Below are positions 11,806 to 22,229 of a stretch of DNA of 40,921 bases, in pieces. The translations under genes and the position numbers were made by a program. The notes beneath the pieces are model-generated. The model was not told where the DNA came from, did no database searches, and was given only the letters and a program-made list of their open reading frames with translations. The DNA is from Octopus sinensis (taxonomy: Eukaryota). Numbering within the stretch: position 1 is the first letter of the stretch; every line of letters starts with the position of its first letter. Location of the stretch: assembly GCF_006345805.1 (NCBI RefSeq), contig NW_021835332.1:1-40921 (forward strand), read 5' to 3'.

Positions 11806-12574
11806 TGTTCTTCTCACTGTTGCTGTTGCTTTTGTTCAATGTCCTTTGTTTACATCTTCCTGGAAAACTTTCTTTAAAATCTTATAACCAGCTTTGTTAG
11901 TAAACTTTTGGATTTTGAAAAAAATTTTTGTTCTGTTCTTGCTTTTTGAAGTTAGTTTTACTAAAACATTTTCCAGATTGATATTTGAGCACTATTTCTT
12001 AAACTTAAATGTAACATTGAAAAGTAGAGGTGGGGCATTGCCCTCCATTGCCCCTTTCTTTCCAGTGCCACCTTGGATCTTTCCACCCCACCGAGAGGAG
12101 TGGTATTGCCCATTTTGGAAACTACTGGTTTAACCAATACATTAAACAAATGATCATTAGTTTGATAGATAGATATTTAAATAATTGACTAAGTATAAAG
12201 AAGTGGAATTGAACCTGAATGTGTGTTGTTCTTATCGGCAGATTGACTCTCCCAAGATAGAACTAAATATATATTGAGAAGTAATGTTTGTCACCACTTC
12301 AATATAGCTGTTCTGTATGAACTGACATTACTACCATTCTTTAACCCGCAAGAGGAAGCCTCCTCTAGTAATCTGCACCTAATATATTTTGCAAGCAAGG
12401 TTGTGAACCTCTACCATCTTTATGTGACTTGACAGGGCCAGCAGACTGTCTGGTTTCGGGCTACTTTTGCCTATCCTCAATGCTGGATACCTGTCTGCTA
12501 GTGACAGCAGTAATTCCCCATTCCCCCAGTTCGCAACATATAGAAAATAAGCGACAATCAGTCACTGATCTTGC

Positions 12575-12836
12575 AACAACAAGCAAAGTAACTAGTTAGA
12601 AAATCTTTGCAAGAGATGAAATGAGTAATTATACTGAGAAGTAATGTTTGTTGCCACTGCAACATGGCTATTCCAAATGAACTGGTGTTACTACCATTTT
12701 TAACCCCAAGAGGAAGCCCCCTTTGTGTAGAACAGCCATCTTGAAGTGGCAATAAACATTACTTCTCAGTATAGTCACTACGTTCATCTCTTACAGAGAT
12801 TTCCCAACTAGCTATTTTGCTTGTGAAAAATATATA
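12575..12836. mobile_element. Palindromic (MITE-like/foldback) element with ~105 bp arms and a ~45 bp loop; a partial second copy lies at ~12265-12370
   Basis: Left arm caagcaaagtaactagttagaaaatctttgcaagagatgaa...tatactgagaagtaatgtttgttgccactgcaacatggct. The right arm reverse-complements to caagcaaaatagctagttgggaaatctctgtaagagatgaa...tatactgagaagtaatgtttattgccacttcaagatggct. Confidence 0.85.
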
Positions 12837-13082
12837 TTGTTATTCAAAATTAATTTGACTTATCCTTTATATTATTAACAGCAGTGATAAAATAAGTTCC
12901 AATAATGTAATTTATAATGAGTTCATACAAATGATTGCAAAACTGTTGAATTATCATATGCATGCTTTTTTGTGATGTAAAAATACTTATATTGAAGAGA
13001 AGCTTACACATCAACAAGATCAAATTCATGTTCTTGAAATCGTATGGAATTATAACATTTGATATCTGTTTTTTAAATTCAG

Positions 13083-13178
13083 GATGGCTCAGGTAAAAAT
13101 TGTATCTTAATAATTCTTGATGAAAATGATAATGTTCCAGTTTTCGGAAGTCAACGATATAAAGCAACAATACCAGAG
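13083..13178 (+). CDS. Cadherin exon D (96 nt, phase 0-0): DGSGKNCILIILDENDNVPVFGSQRYKATIPE, EC1-EC2 linker
   Basis: Acceptor gttttttaaattcag, donor gtaaga. Contains the canonical DxNDNxPxF calcium-binding motif. Confidence 0.95.
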
Positions 13179-13289
13179 GTAAGAATTTGACATTTTCTTT
13201 TAAAAGATTCTCTCTCGTTCTTTCTCCCTCTCTCTTTCTAATGCTTCATAGAAGTGAAGTATTGAACATGACTGCAGAAGGCATAAGAA

Positions 13290-13711
13290 TACTTGAAAGA
13301 AATGAGATGCGCATGCATGCTCTACTGGATGTGTCAGATTAATGTACATGTATGACAAAGTGCAAATGTGCTGAGAGAAAAATTGGGCAAAAGAGGTACC
13401 AGATGTGGTGTACAAAAGAGAAGACTGCTGATATGGTCTTGTGATGGGTATGGATGAGCACAGCTGCATAAAGAAGTACAGACTGTTGATTGTGGATGGA
13501 ACTTATGAAAGAAGACGATTCAGGAAAACATGAAATGAAGTAGTGAAGACCAGTGTCAGGTTGTTGAACCTTGCATAAAAGACTGAGCTGATTAGAGATT
13601 CAGTGTGCTCAAGAAGCCTCATCAATCTCATAAAAAATGAGGTCAAACAGTCAAACTGTCTAACCCATGCTAGCATGGAAAGTGGACATTAAATGATGAT
13701 GATGATGGTGA

Positions 13712-13762
<51 letters not shown>
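13290..13762 (+). mobile_element. Old RTE 3' fragment whose (GAT)n tail runs into a (TA)n microsatellite
   Basis: ctaacccatgctagcatggaaagtggacattaaatgatgat, then (TA)n at ~13714-13762. Confidence 0.8.
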
Positions 13763-13763
<1 letters not shown>

Positions 13764-14089
13764 CATCATAACCATCTGAGTAAGGATTATGTTGAAATCA
13801 TAAGATGCAGCATGATAGATGTGAACTATTTTGGTAGATGAACTTATTGAATCAATGATGAATATCACTGGATGGCGAGCAGAGGAACGCCCAACAAACT
13901 GACAGCCAGAATCAGTTTCCTTAGATTTTATTCTGAATACAGATTCTGCTTTGTTGACTGCTCCAGTGCACAGTCTGAATTGTTGATATGCCTGCATTTA
14001 ATGTTCCTTTTTAATTTTGGACATCAACTAGACAATGGCAGCCTTTAATGAAGCTACAGTATTATGAAGATGGATATTAGTGTCTCTTT

Positions 14090-14655
14090 CATCATCATTA
14101 TCATCATCATCATGATCATCATCATCTTTCAGTGTCTGTTTCCATACTGGCATGGATCGGATGATTTGACAAGAGTTGGCCTTGGCTCCATTTGTCTGTT
14201 CTGGCATGATTTCTATTTAGCCACTTTTATATGCTTCTATATGGCACCAGCACATAGGACTGGCACAGGCACTTCTACATACCACTGGCACAAGTGCTTT
14301 TATATGACACTGGCAATGGTGCTTTTACATAACATTGGCATGGACACTTTTACATGGCACCACCAAAGGTACTTTTATGCGAAACTAGCACCCACAAGTC
14401 TGCAAGACTAGGATTTCTTGGCTGAGAGAGGGATGCAGAAGACATGCCTATAGGCATGGACAGCCTCAGTTTTACTTAGCTTAGCATGTTTTCTCAAGCA
14501 TAGAAAACCCTTCGAATCTTGGCCACCTGTCATCTCCTCTTTGAGGCCCAACATCTGAAGATTCTTTCTCACCACTTCATCCATGTCTTCTTGGATCTGC
14601 CCCTTCCACATGTTCCCTCCATAATTAGAGATCTTCACTTCTTGATGCAGCTTTC
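14090..14655 (-). mobile_element. Old RTE 3' fragment
   Basis: (CAT)n, decayed units and a minus-strand MDEVVRKNLQMLGL-type ORF end. Confidence 0.75.
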
Positions 14656-14659
14656 CTCA

Positions 14660-15625
14660 TCCATTGCTCCATGAGATTTAAATCTGGCAAGTTTGGAGGC
14701 CACAAGTTTGGTGTTACATGATTGTAACGATTGACTGACATTCATTCTTGGGTTATATGAATTTGAAAGAAAGTGCTGAGTCTATTGAAGTACATGTGGC
14801 TTTCTATTGCATACTTAATCCACCTAGGACTTAACAGATCTATCTCCAGCAGCTCAATGTATACTATAGTATTAACTCTAAAATCCTGTCAAAAGATGTG
14901 AGGTGGAATGACATGGCATTCACCACTAAGCATTCCTAAATTCATCGCAATTGCTGGAAACTTGGTGTGCATCATTCAATGAAAACAGAAGGATCTGCAC
15001 TTAACCATCAGGAATTGGAATTTTTCCTGTTAGACTTTTGGCTGTGGATGAAGATTTTTTCCTCAGAGAAGAATCAAAGCATGCCATATTTGTAAGGGTT
15101 TTAACCTTGTTAAGTAACCACTTGGCAAGGATCAAAGGATTTTTCTGTGTCTTTGCAGACATCAATTGGCCTCTCCTCCTCAGTACTTGTATCGAATGTC
15201 CTCATGCACCAGTTTTGATAGTCTGTTCTGACACCTAAAGTTTTTTGGCAATAGCCCTCATAGATTTTGTGGAATCATCATCAATAATGTTTTGAACCCA
15301 TTGGATGAATTGCAGTGTCGTTATAGTGTAAAAATGTTTAGAATGCTTTTTTCTCTTTGATACGTTTGAAACATCCCTGCCAGAGTCTTCCATTTCTATT
15401 TGAACTTTACGTGCAAAGATCTTGCAACATGTAGAAAGCTGGTAATTTCTACATTGATGCATTCCACATATATCGCAGCAATAACTGCATATCTTTTCAT
15501 TTTTTGTGTCAGCACTTTATCTACCATGGATAATAGGAAAGAAATAAATTCTTTTAATTGATTTAAGAGAATAATAAACTGATAATTATTTAGTGTCCTG
15601 AAATACTTCTCACACCCATTGTATA
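14660..15625 (-). mobile_element. Tc1/mariner superfamily transposase remnant (maT/DD37D-like), copy 1
   Basis: Minus-strand N-terminal HTH-like peptides KRYAVIAAI and IIDDDSTKSMRAIAKKL, plus HVTPNLWPPNLPDLNL. Homologous to 32355-33305. Confidence 0.85.
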
Positions 15626-15669
15626 TTAGATTGGTAAGGAAGCTCTGTTGCATTTCAAGATAGAAAAGT

Positions 15670-16660
15670 AAATAATTATTTGGTTTTAATTGATATTTTT
15701 TGTCAAGATAGTATATTCTCTCATTTTTGATAACATAATTCCAATCATTTGGGTGAAAAATTTTTCAAGTTTCATTTTTAAGCTGATCACAATTGTTAGA
15801 TATTTATAGATTGTTTTCACTCTAATAAATATTGCAATGGTCTGAAAAGATAATAGAGGGAACAAAATCGGTAGAGTAAGGATGGTGAGGTACAACTTTC
15901 ATATTTAAGGCAGTAATCCTTTCATGAATGACTTCAGTAGGATATGATTTTGTGTTATTATGTTGGAGCAACGCCCCTGTACATTTGATTAATGAGGAAT
16001 ACCTTTGCTGCAATTTTTTTTGTGTGCAATGCTTCCATTTGATAACAGTATTCCTCTGCATTTTACTTTAACACTTAATAGTATAAAACATTCTTTATAC
16101 CCAACCAAACAGAGCACATTTTTAGCTGTTGTAAATGTTTGAGGATGGATTCTCTTTTTTCATTTTTGTTAAATATAATTATAGAAAACCAACTTTTCAC
16201 ACACCTGTGATGATTCTATCCAGGAAAGGTTTTGTAGCTAGCCTACTCTTCAATAATGAGCAGAAAACAACTTTATGATTAAGCTGATAAGCAGTCAAGT
16301 GATGAGGCACCCATTAACCAAATTTAGATACTTTTCCTAGTTCATGCAAGTGTTTTGTGATCAAAATGTGACTTCACTTGAACTGTTTTGTCAATTTTCA
16401 TGTAGTTTCCCTTGGGTTTTCTCAACTATGGTTTCCAGAAGCTCAATATTGACAGAACATGGTCATGCAGATCAAGGAAATATGTGAAAGAAATATTTCC
16501 TGAGTAAAACTGGCCAAACCATCATTGGAATGTCCAGACACTTCAAGCTTTGTTTTCACAGACAGAATGAATATTCTTGTTTCCATTGCTTCTTTTGAAT
16601 TCATACAATATGCAGTGTCTGATAGGGGTCTGATCTAAACTCATTTTAAAAGGTAAAATA
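15670..16660 (-). mobile_element. Degenerate near-full-length mariner (DD34D-type) transposase
   Basis: Minus strand gives KPFLDRIITG (~16200), LLQHNNTKS and VVPHHPYSTDFVPS, corresponding to the mariner motifs ITGDE, HDNA and HPPYSPDLAPSD. Many stops and shifts. Confidence 0.85.
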
Positions 16661-16973
16661 AATCATACAAATTTAACCATTATATTATAAAGTAATCTGT
16701 GAAGAATAAAGCATTAAAGTGTAAAACTTAATGTTTATTTGACAATAAGTATTGAAAAAGTACCCTGAAGCGATTGTGTTAAAAATGTTACAGGACCTTC
16801 TTTCTGACCTAATGTTTATATATGTATTGCTTTCATAGCAAAGACATTTGTGGTAGGGGGGAATTGTTTTCTGAAATGTGTCATCTTTATCATAGAATGA
16901 ATTAATATGAAAACTAGTGAAAAAAAAATATTTGCTGAATTATATTTCCTTAATATTTTGCTTTTTTTTGCAG

Positions 16974-17060
16974 AATATTACAGTAAACACTAAAATACCA
17001 AATTTGCAGATAACAGCAACTGATTTTGATGAAAATCCTTCTCTAAAATATTCTTTGATA
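16974..17060 (+). CDS. Cadherin exon E (87 nt, phase 0-0): NITVNTKIPNLQITATDFDENPSLKYSLI
   Basis: Acceptor ttttgcttttttttgcag, donor gtaagg. Completes IPE|N and carries the ATDxD and YSL motifs. Confidence 0.95.
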
Positions 17061-18564
17061 GTAAGGATACTGGTTTATTTTTTGCTTTATACTCACAAGT
17101 CATTCAATGTATTTTAACATGAAAGTAGCTAAATTAAACCAACCTGTACTTTAGGAAGTTTCACTTTCCCAAGATGATTCTTAATACAATTTACTGAGAC
17201 CAAATTCATAGGTTACTGCTTTGATACACAGCCTTCATAACTGATATGTAATCATAAGAATTGCTTCATGCTTGTGTTTCGTCTAAGTTGGTCTCAATGG
17301 TTTAAGTCTACTTAACAGTAGATAGTTACCATGGACATGGGGACATGGGTTGCATTGTTTACTGATGTAAACTGATGATTTTGTTTGTTGTCTGCAGTTC
17401 TGAGTTAATTTCCTCTGGTTAGCAGGCAATTTTAAATACAGTGGAACTTAATCCTAAAAGAGATTTAGCTTTTACCTACATAATGTTATAGAAACAACAA
17501 TGGAACATTTGCTCTGTGGAGTCTTGAACTACAAAAATGAAGATGAATAATTTGCTCAGCCAAATTTTGATACACCTATCTCTGTCCCTCTATACTTTTA
17601 ATCACTCAAATGGCACAAAACTGCACCCAGTCAATACTATTCCTCCCAGCATGGAAAACAGACTTTGAATAATGATGATGATGATGATATCTATGTATAT
17701 GGTTCATATATGTATGTGTGTGTCTAGACACACATATAATTGTCTGTAAAGTCACAAGAGGGACTGAAGGATGACAAGTTTAGTGCATGTCATATATCAG
17801 ATTAACTTAAATATCATGAATCCACCTTTTATATGGAATGATTGATCAAATATTGTTTTAAGCTGGACATTTAGACACATGCACACACTTCTATCACTTT
17901 TTCTTGCCATTCCATATACCTCACTAATTTTCTTCTCTTACTAAAGCAGAAAAATCATTTCCTTCCTTGTACAGTTGTTACTTTTTCTTTTTCCATTTTT
18001 TTTCTCATTTCATCTCTCATTTCTGTATTAACACCATTTCACACCAATACCCTTACACACACTATTCACATTCCTCCTACCTTCTTTCCACCCTCACACT
18101 TGCACCCACTGCTACCTCCTCACTTCTATATTTTACTTGCTCACAATATAATTACTCATGTACACCAACCATCCACATATCTCCGCTATCCCATGCCATT
18201 ACATCCAACACTTATATTTTGCCAATATAAGAAATTATTATTAGTATAATTTTTTGATTGATAACTAGATCTTTTGGGTTACTTGTCAAATGTCTGGTAA
18301 TAACATGTTACAAAAGCTGTCATGAAGGTTTCTCAAAGTTTTTTTCAATTTTATTTAGGCCTTATAAGTTAAAAACAGATTTAGTTTTGTCTTATTAAAT
18401 AAGATGTTGCAGCAAATAATATTCATAACTGTCTGAAAACCAACTCTTTTAATGCACACCTCTGAGTTTCATTGTCTTAAAATATCTTCTCATCTTAAAA
18501 AATATCTTTTGTATTATTCTTGTTATTCACTATTCTTATAAATGTTTATTTGTTTCAATTTCAG

Positions 18565-18576
18565 CCTGCTGGCCAG
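18565..18576 (+). CDS. Cadherin microexon F (12 nt, phase 0-0): PAGQ
   Basis: tttatttgtttcaatttcag|CCTGCTGGCCAG|gtgagt: near-consensus sites on both sides, frame-preserving, falls in the loop after YSLI. Confidence 0.72.
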
Positions 18577-18619
18577 GTGAGTTTAACTTTGATTTGATAT
18601 TTATTCTAATGTCTTCCAT

Positions 18620-19060
18620 GATGGTGTCCATAATGATATCAAATATGCTCTTAGAATCTACTTGAAATCAACTCTTTGGGGAAATATAAAATTTGTTGAA
18701 GTTGAAATTTGCTGGTGATTTTTGTTCCTCTGGCAAGACCTGTGTTGTTGGTGTTTTGTAGCTACTGTGGTAGTGATTGTTGTCAACACCTCTGTTTTGT
18801 TGGCGTTGTTGTCTCTCATGTAGTATTTGCTGTTGGTGTTTTTGCTGGAGACCTCTCTGCTTTCTTTTCTTGGGGTTGCCTCTGTAGTTGGGGTTGCTTC
18901 AGTTGTTTGTGGTGTGAGTGGTGCTTGTATCAAGGGGGTAGTGTCCTCCTTCTGTTTTAGTCATGGGCAAAAGGCTTTCAGGTGGTTATTTTGTCCACAT
19001 TGATAGCATCTTGGCCTTCTGTCCTCACACATTTTATTTGGCTTGAGTAATTCGTGTCCC
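18620..19060 (-). pseudogene. LINE ORF1/gag-like fragment with a CCHC zinc knuckle
   Basis: Minus strand reads EDRRPRCYQCGQNNHLKAFCP*LKQKEDTTPL, with CX2CX4HX4C at 18967-19008, followed by a low-complexity T/P-rich tail. Contains an in-frame stop. Confidence 0.75.
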
Positions 19061-19138
19061 TGTTCACCTACCAGAGACCAAATGGTGGCTTTGTTGCCTT
19101 GTTGCACCTCTGCCACCTGGGCCTCTCATGTGGTTCCA

Positions 19139-19150
19139 AATAATAATGAC

Positions 19151-19182
<32 letters not shown>

Positions 19183-19197
19183 TAATAATAATAACAA
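19139..19197 (+). repeat. (AAT)n microsatellite, possibly a retroelement tail
   Basis: Near-perfect AAT run with a few AAC variants. Confidence 0.9.
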
Positions 19198-19639
19198 CAC
19201 CAACACCAGATATTCTGCTCAAAACCACAAATTTGCGTGTTAGTTGTTTGACCTAAATCAGGTGAGCATGTCCATAGTGGCTGACAATATGTGCATCTCT
19301 GATCACAAGCGGAGTAATGGGGGAGCATCATAACCATGTTTTTGAGATGGATTCTTTAGGGCTTGAATAATTCACCCCTGGAACAAAGGTATTTTTATTT
19401 GTCATCCTTAGACCACCCTAATAGGAACTTTGAGCGGGATGGACTAATTGATCTGAAGAAAATTCTAACTGGGTTCCATCTGCAAGATCATGTACTGTCT
19501 ATTGTGAAATGAGGTCACCATGTTCCACACAATTGGTTGTGATGCATATGATTGGTGTACCCTTATCAGGTGCATTGTCATGATGATTATATTGCTTTTT
19601 CTATATTTGTACCCCAGCATCACTTTGGCATATACTGTT

Positions 19640-20514
19640 CATCATCATCATCGTTTAATGTCTGCTTTCCATGCTGGTATGGGTTGGACGGTTTGACTGA
19701 AAACTGGTGAGCTGTGGGGCTGCACTAGGTTCCAGTCTGATTTTGCAGGGTTTCTACTACTGGATGCCTTTCCTAATGCCAACCACTCAGAGAGAGTAGT
19801 GGGTGCTTTTTACGTGCTACTGGATGGGTGCCATTGACCTGACATCAGTATCACTCACGATTATGATCTTAATTGGCTTGACAGGTTAATATAAGCACTG
19901 TATATTGCCAAGGGTCTTGGTCACCTGACACTGCCTCCATGGGGTCCAATGCATGAATGTTGCTTTTTATATGCCTCCGGCATGGATGCCAGTCAGATGA
20001 CATTGGTATTGGTCACGACTCTGATTTCATTCGGTTCAACAGGTTTTCACAAACACAGCATATTGCCCAGTGATTGAAGGGTGCTTTTAATGGGCCACTT
20101 AAACGACATTGGCATCAGCCATGACTATGGTCTCACTTGGGTCTTCTCAAGCATGGCATATCGTCAAAGGTCTTGGTCATTTGTCATTATTTCTGTGAGG
20201 CCCAGCATTTGAAGATTATGCTTCACTACCTCATCCTACGTCTTCCTGGGTCTACCACTTCCACAGGTTCCCTCCATCATTAGAGTGCAACATTTCTTCA
20301 CACAGCTGTCCTCATCCATACACATCACATGACCATATCAGTGCAGTCATCTCTCTTGCACACCACATCTGATGCTTCTTATGTCCAACTGTTATCTCAG
20401 GAGCGCTTACACTCTGTTATGCATGCACACTGACATTACACATCCAATGGAGCATACTAGCTTCATTTCTTTCAATGTTGTTATTATTATTTGTTGTTGT
20501 TGTCATTATTATTA

Positions 20515-20558
<44 letters not shown>

Positions 20559-22070
20559 AGTGAGGGATGCGATGGCAGAATGCTTGAGGGACAAATCGCC
20601 GGGTTTGGATGGTCTATCCTATGAGCTTTACAATTGTATGCCAGACTTGTTTGGAGATGTCTTGGCAGCGGTGTACTGCAACTTGCAGCAAAACGGGAGC
20701 ACCCCCAGTTTTGTGAGCTGAGGAGCCAATACATTTCTTTCGAGCCTATGCATGTCCTCAGCAGTCTCAGCTCATGTTTCACTGCTGTGTAGTAAGGTTG
20801 TTCACACACAGGTATCATACAGTCTGCCTTTCATTCTGAGTGCGAGTTTCTTTGTTACGAGGAGAGGTAGGAGCTCTCTGAATTTTGCCCTATTCTTATT
20901 CTAGCAGGTATGCTTTCAAAGCATCCATTCCTGCTATTGATTTGGTCACTTAGGTAAAAGAAGCTATCGACTACTTCTAGTTTTCTCCCCTGGAATTTGA
21001 TGGAATCTATTTTCTGTACGTTTCTGATGTTTGTTGTACCTGTGCACCTTCAACACACAAAAACTATCTGCCCTGTTAACTTTCCTCTGATATTGTTGCA
21101 TCTCTTATGTGTCCATAACTTACACCAGGTACATCTTATGGAGTTCCTACTTATGCCTTTTCAACAGATCAATTGTGGCCATCTACCTTAAGGGATTTGT
21201 GATTTGTCCACCTTCCTACTTACTAAGACTTTGGTTTTTGCTAATTTAACTCTAAGGCCCTTTGATTCTAGACCTTGCTTCCACATCTGAAACTTTTTCT
21301 CTAGTTCTGGTAGTGATTCAGCTATAAGAGCAAAGTCATCAGCATAGAGGAACTCATAGGGGCGACCTGTCTTGAATTCCTCTGTTATCGCCTGGCGGAC
21401 TATGATGAACAAGAAGGAACTGAGGTGAACCCCTACTTGGTGAACCCTTACTTGTGCCCTGAATTCTTCTCTATACTCATTGCCAACCCTCACCTTACTG
21501 ACACCTTACTCCCTGTACATGGCTTGTATAGCTCTCATCAACCACTTGTCTATCCGTAATTTCCACATTAACCACCAGATAATGGATCAGGGGCCTTGTA
21601 AAAGGCTTTCTCCAAGTCAACAATAGCCAGGTACAGAGGTTTATCTTTAGCTAAGTATTTCTCCTGCAGCTGCCTTACCAGAAATATGGCATCAGCAGTG
21701 TTTCTCCCTGGCATCTCATCTAAACTAATTCTCTCCTTAATTAGTTGGGCTGTAACCCCCTCCGTGGCTTTTATCACTTGATCCAGCAGATTGATACCTC
21801 TGTAATTATTTCTATCTAAGGTGTTACTTTTACCTTTGTAGCAGCTGACTATGGTGCTGCTACACTGGTTGTTGGGTATGACTCCTCTGTGCATCACCTT
21901 ATTAACTATGTGGGTGACTAGACTAGCCTACACTGTCAAATATTTTAAGCATTACAGCAGTGATTCTTGAGGGGCTGAAGGGTTTCCTTGTCTTCATATC
22001 CTTAACTGTTTTATCTACCAAGTTACTGTCAATTCAGATAGCTGGTCCCTCAGTTGGTTCAACATTTGGC
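19640..22070 (-). mobile_element. RTE-clade LINE copy B: degenerate, internally deleted, interrupted at 20476-20731
   Basis: Tail at 19640. ORFs contain FLYADDFALIAES, VDLEKAF and NYRGINLL. Confidence 0.93.
20476..20731 (+). mobile_element. TSD-flanked insert: (TTA)n tract plus an L1/Tx1-type RT N-terminal fragment
   Basis: Flanked by catttctttcaa (20464-20475) and catttctttcga (20732-20743). 20558-20720 encodes VRDAMAECLRDKSPGLDGLSYELY, an L1-type KSPGxDG motif. Confidence 0.8.
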
Positions 22071-22229
22071 AAATAACAACAACAAAAATACGTTGAGTAG
22101 CTGTGTCTCATGGGCAGGATAAGCTTACTAGTCTTGTTTGATAATTGTCCTAGATGTATTATCTTCAACAAAATCATCCTTTGATAGGAACAGATAAAAT
22201 GTATAACTAAACAAAAAATACAAAATTCG

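Noticed and set aside
13083-13098. Internal CAG|GTAAAA site 10 nt into exon D as an alternative donor or acceptor
   Set aside because: Either use alone shifts the frame, and donor use would also discard the DENDN motif. No support without RNA data.
18658-18933. Thr/Pro-rich ORF as a mucin-like host exon
   Set aside because: It is on the opposite strand to the cadherin, lies in frame behind a CCHC knuckle and a stop codon, and has no convincing splice sites. A LINE ORF1 remnant fits better.
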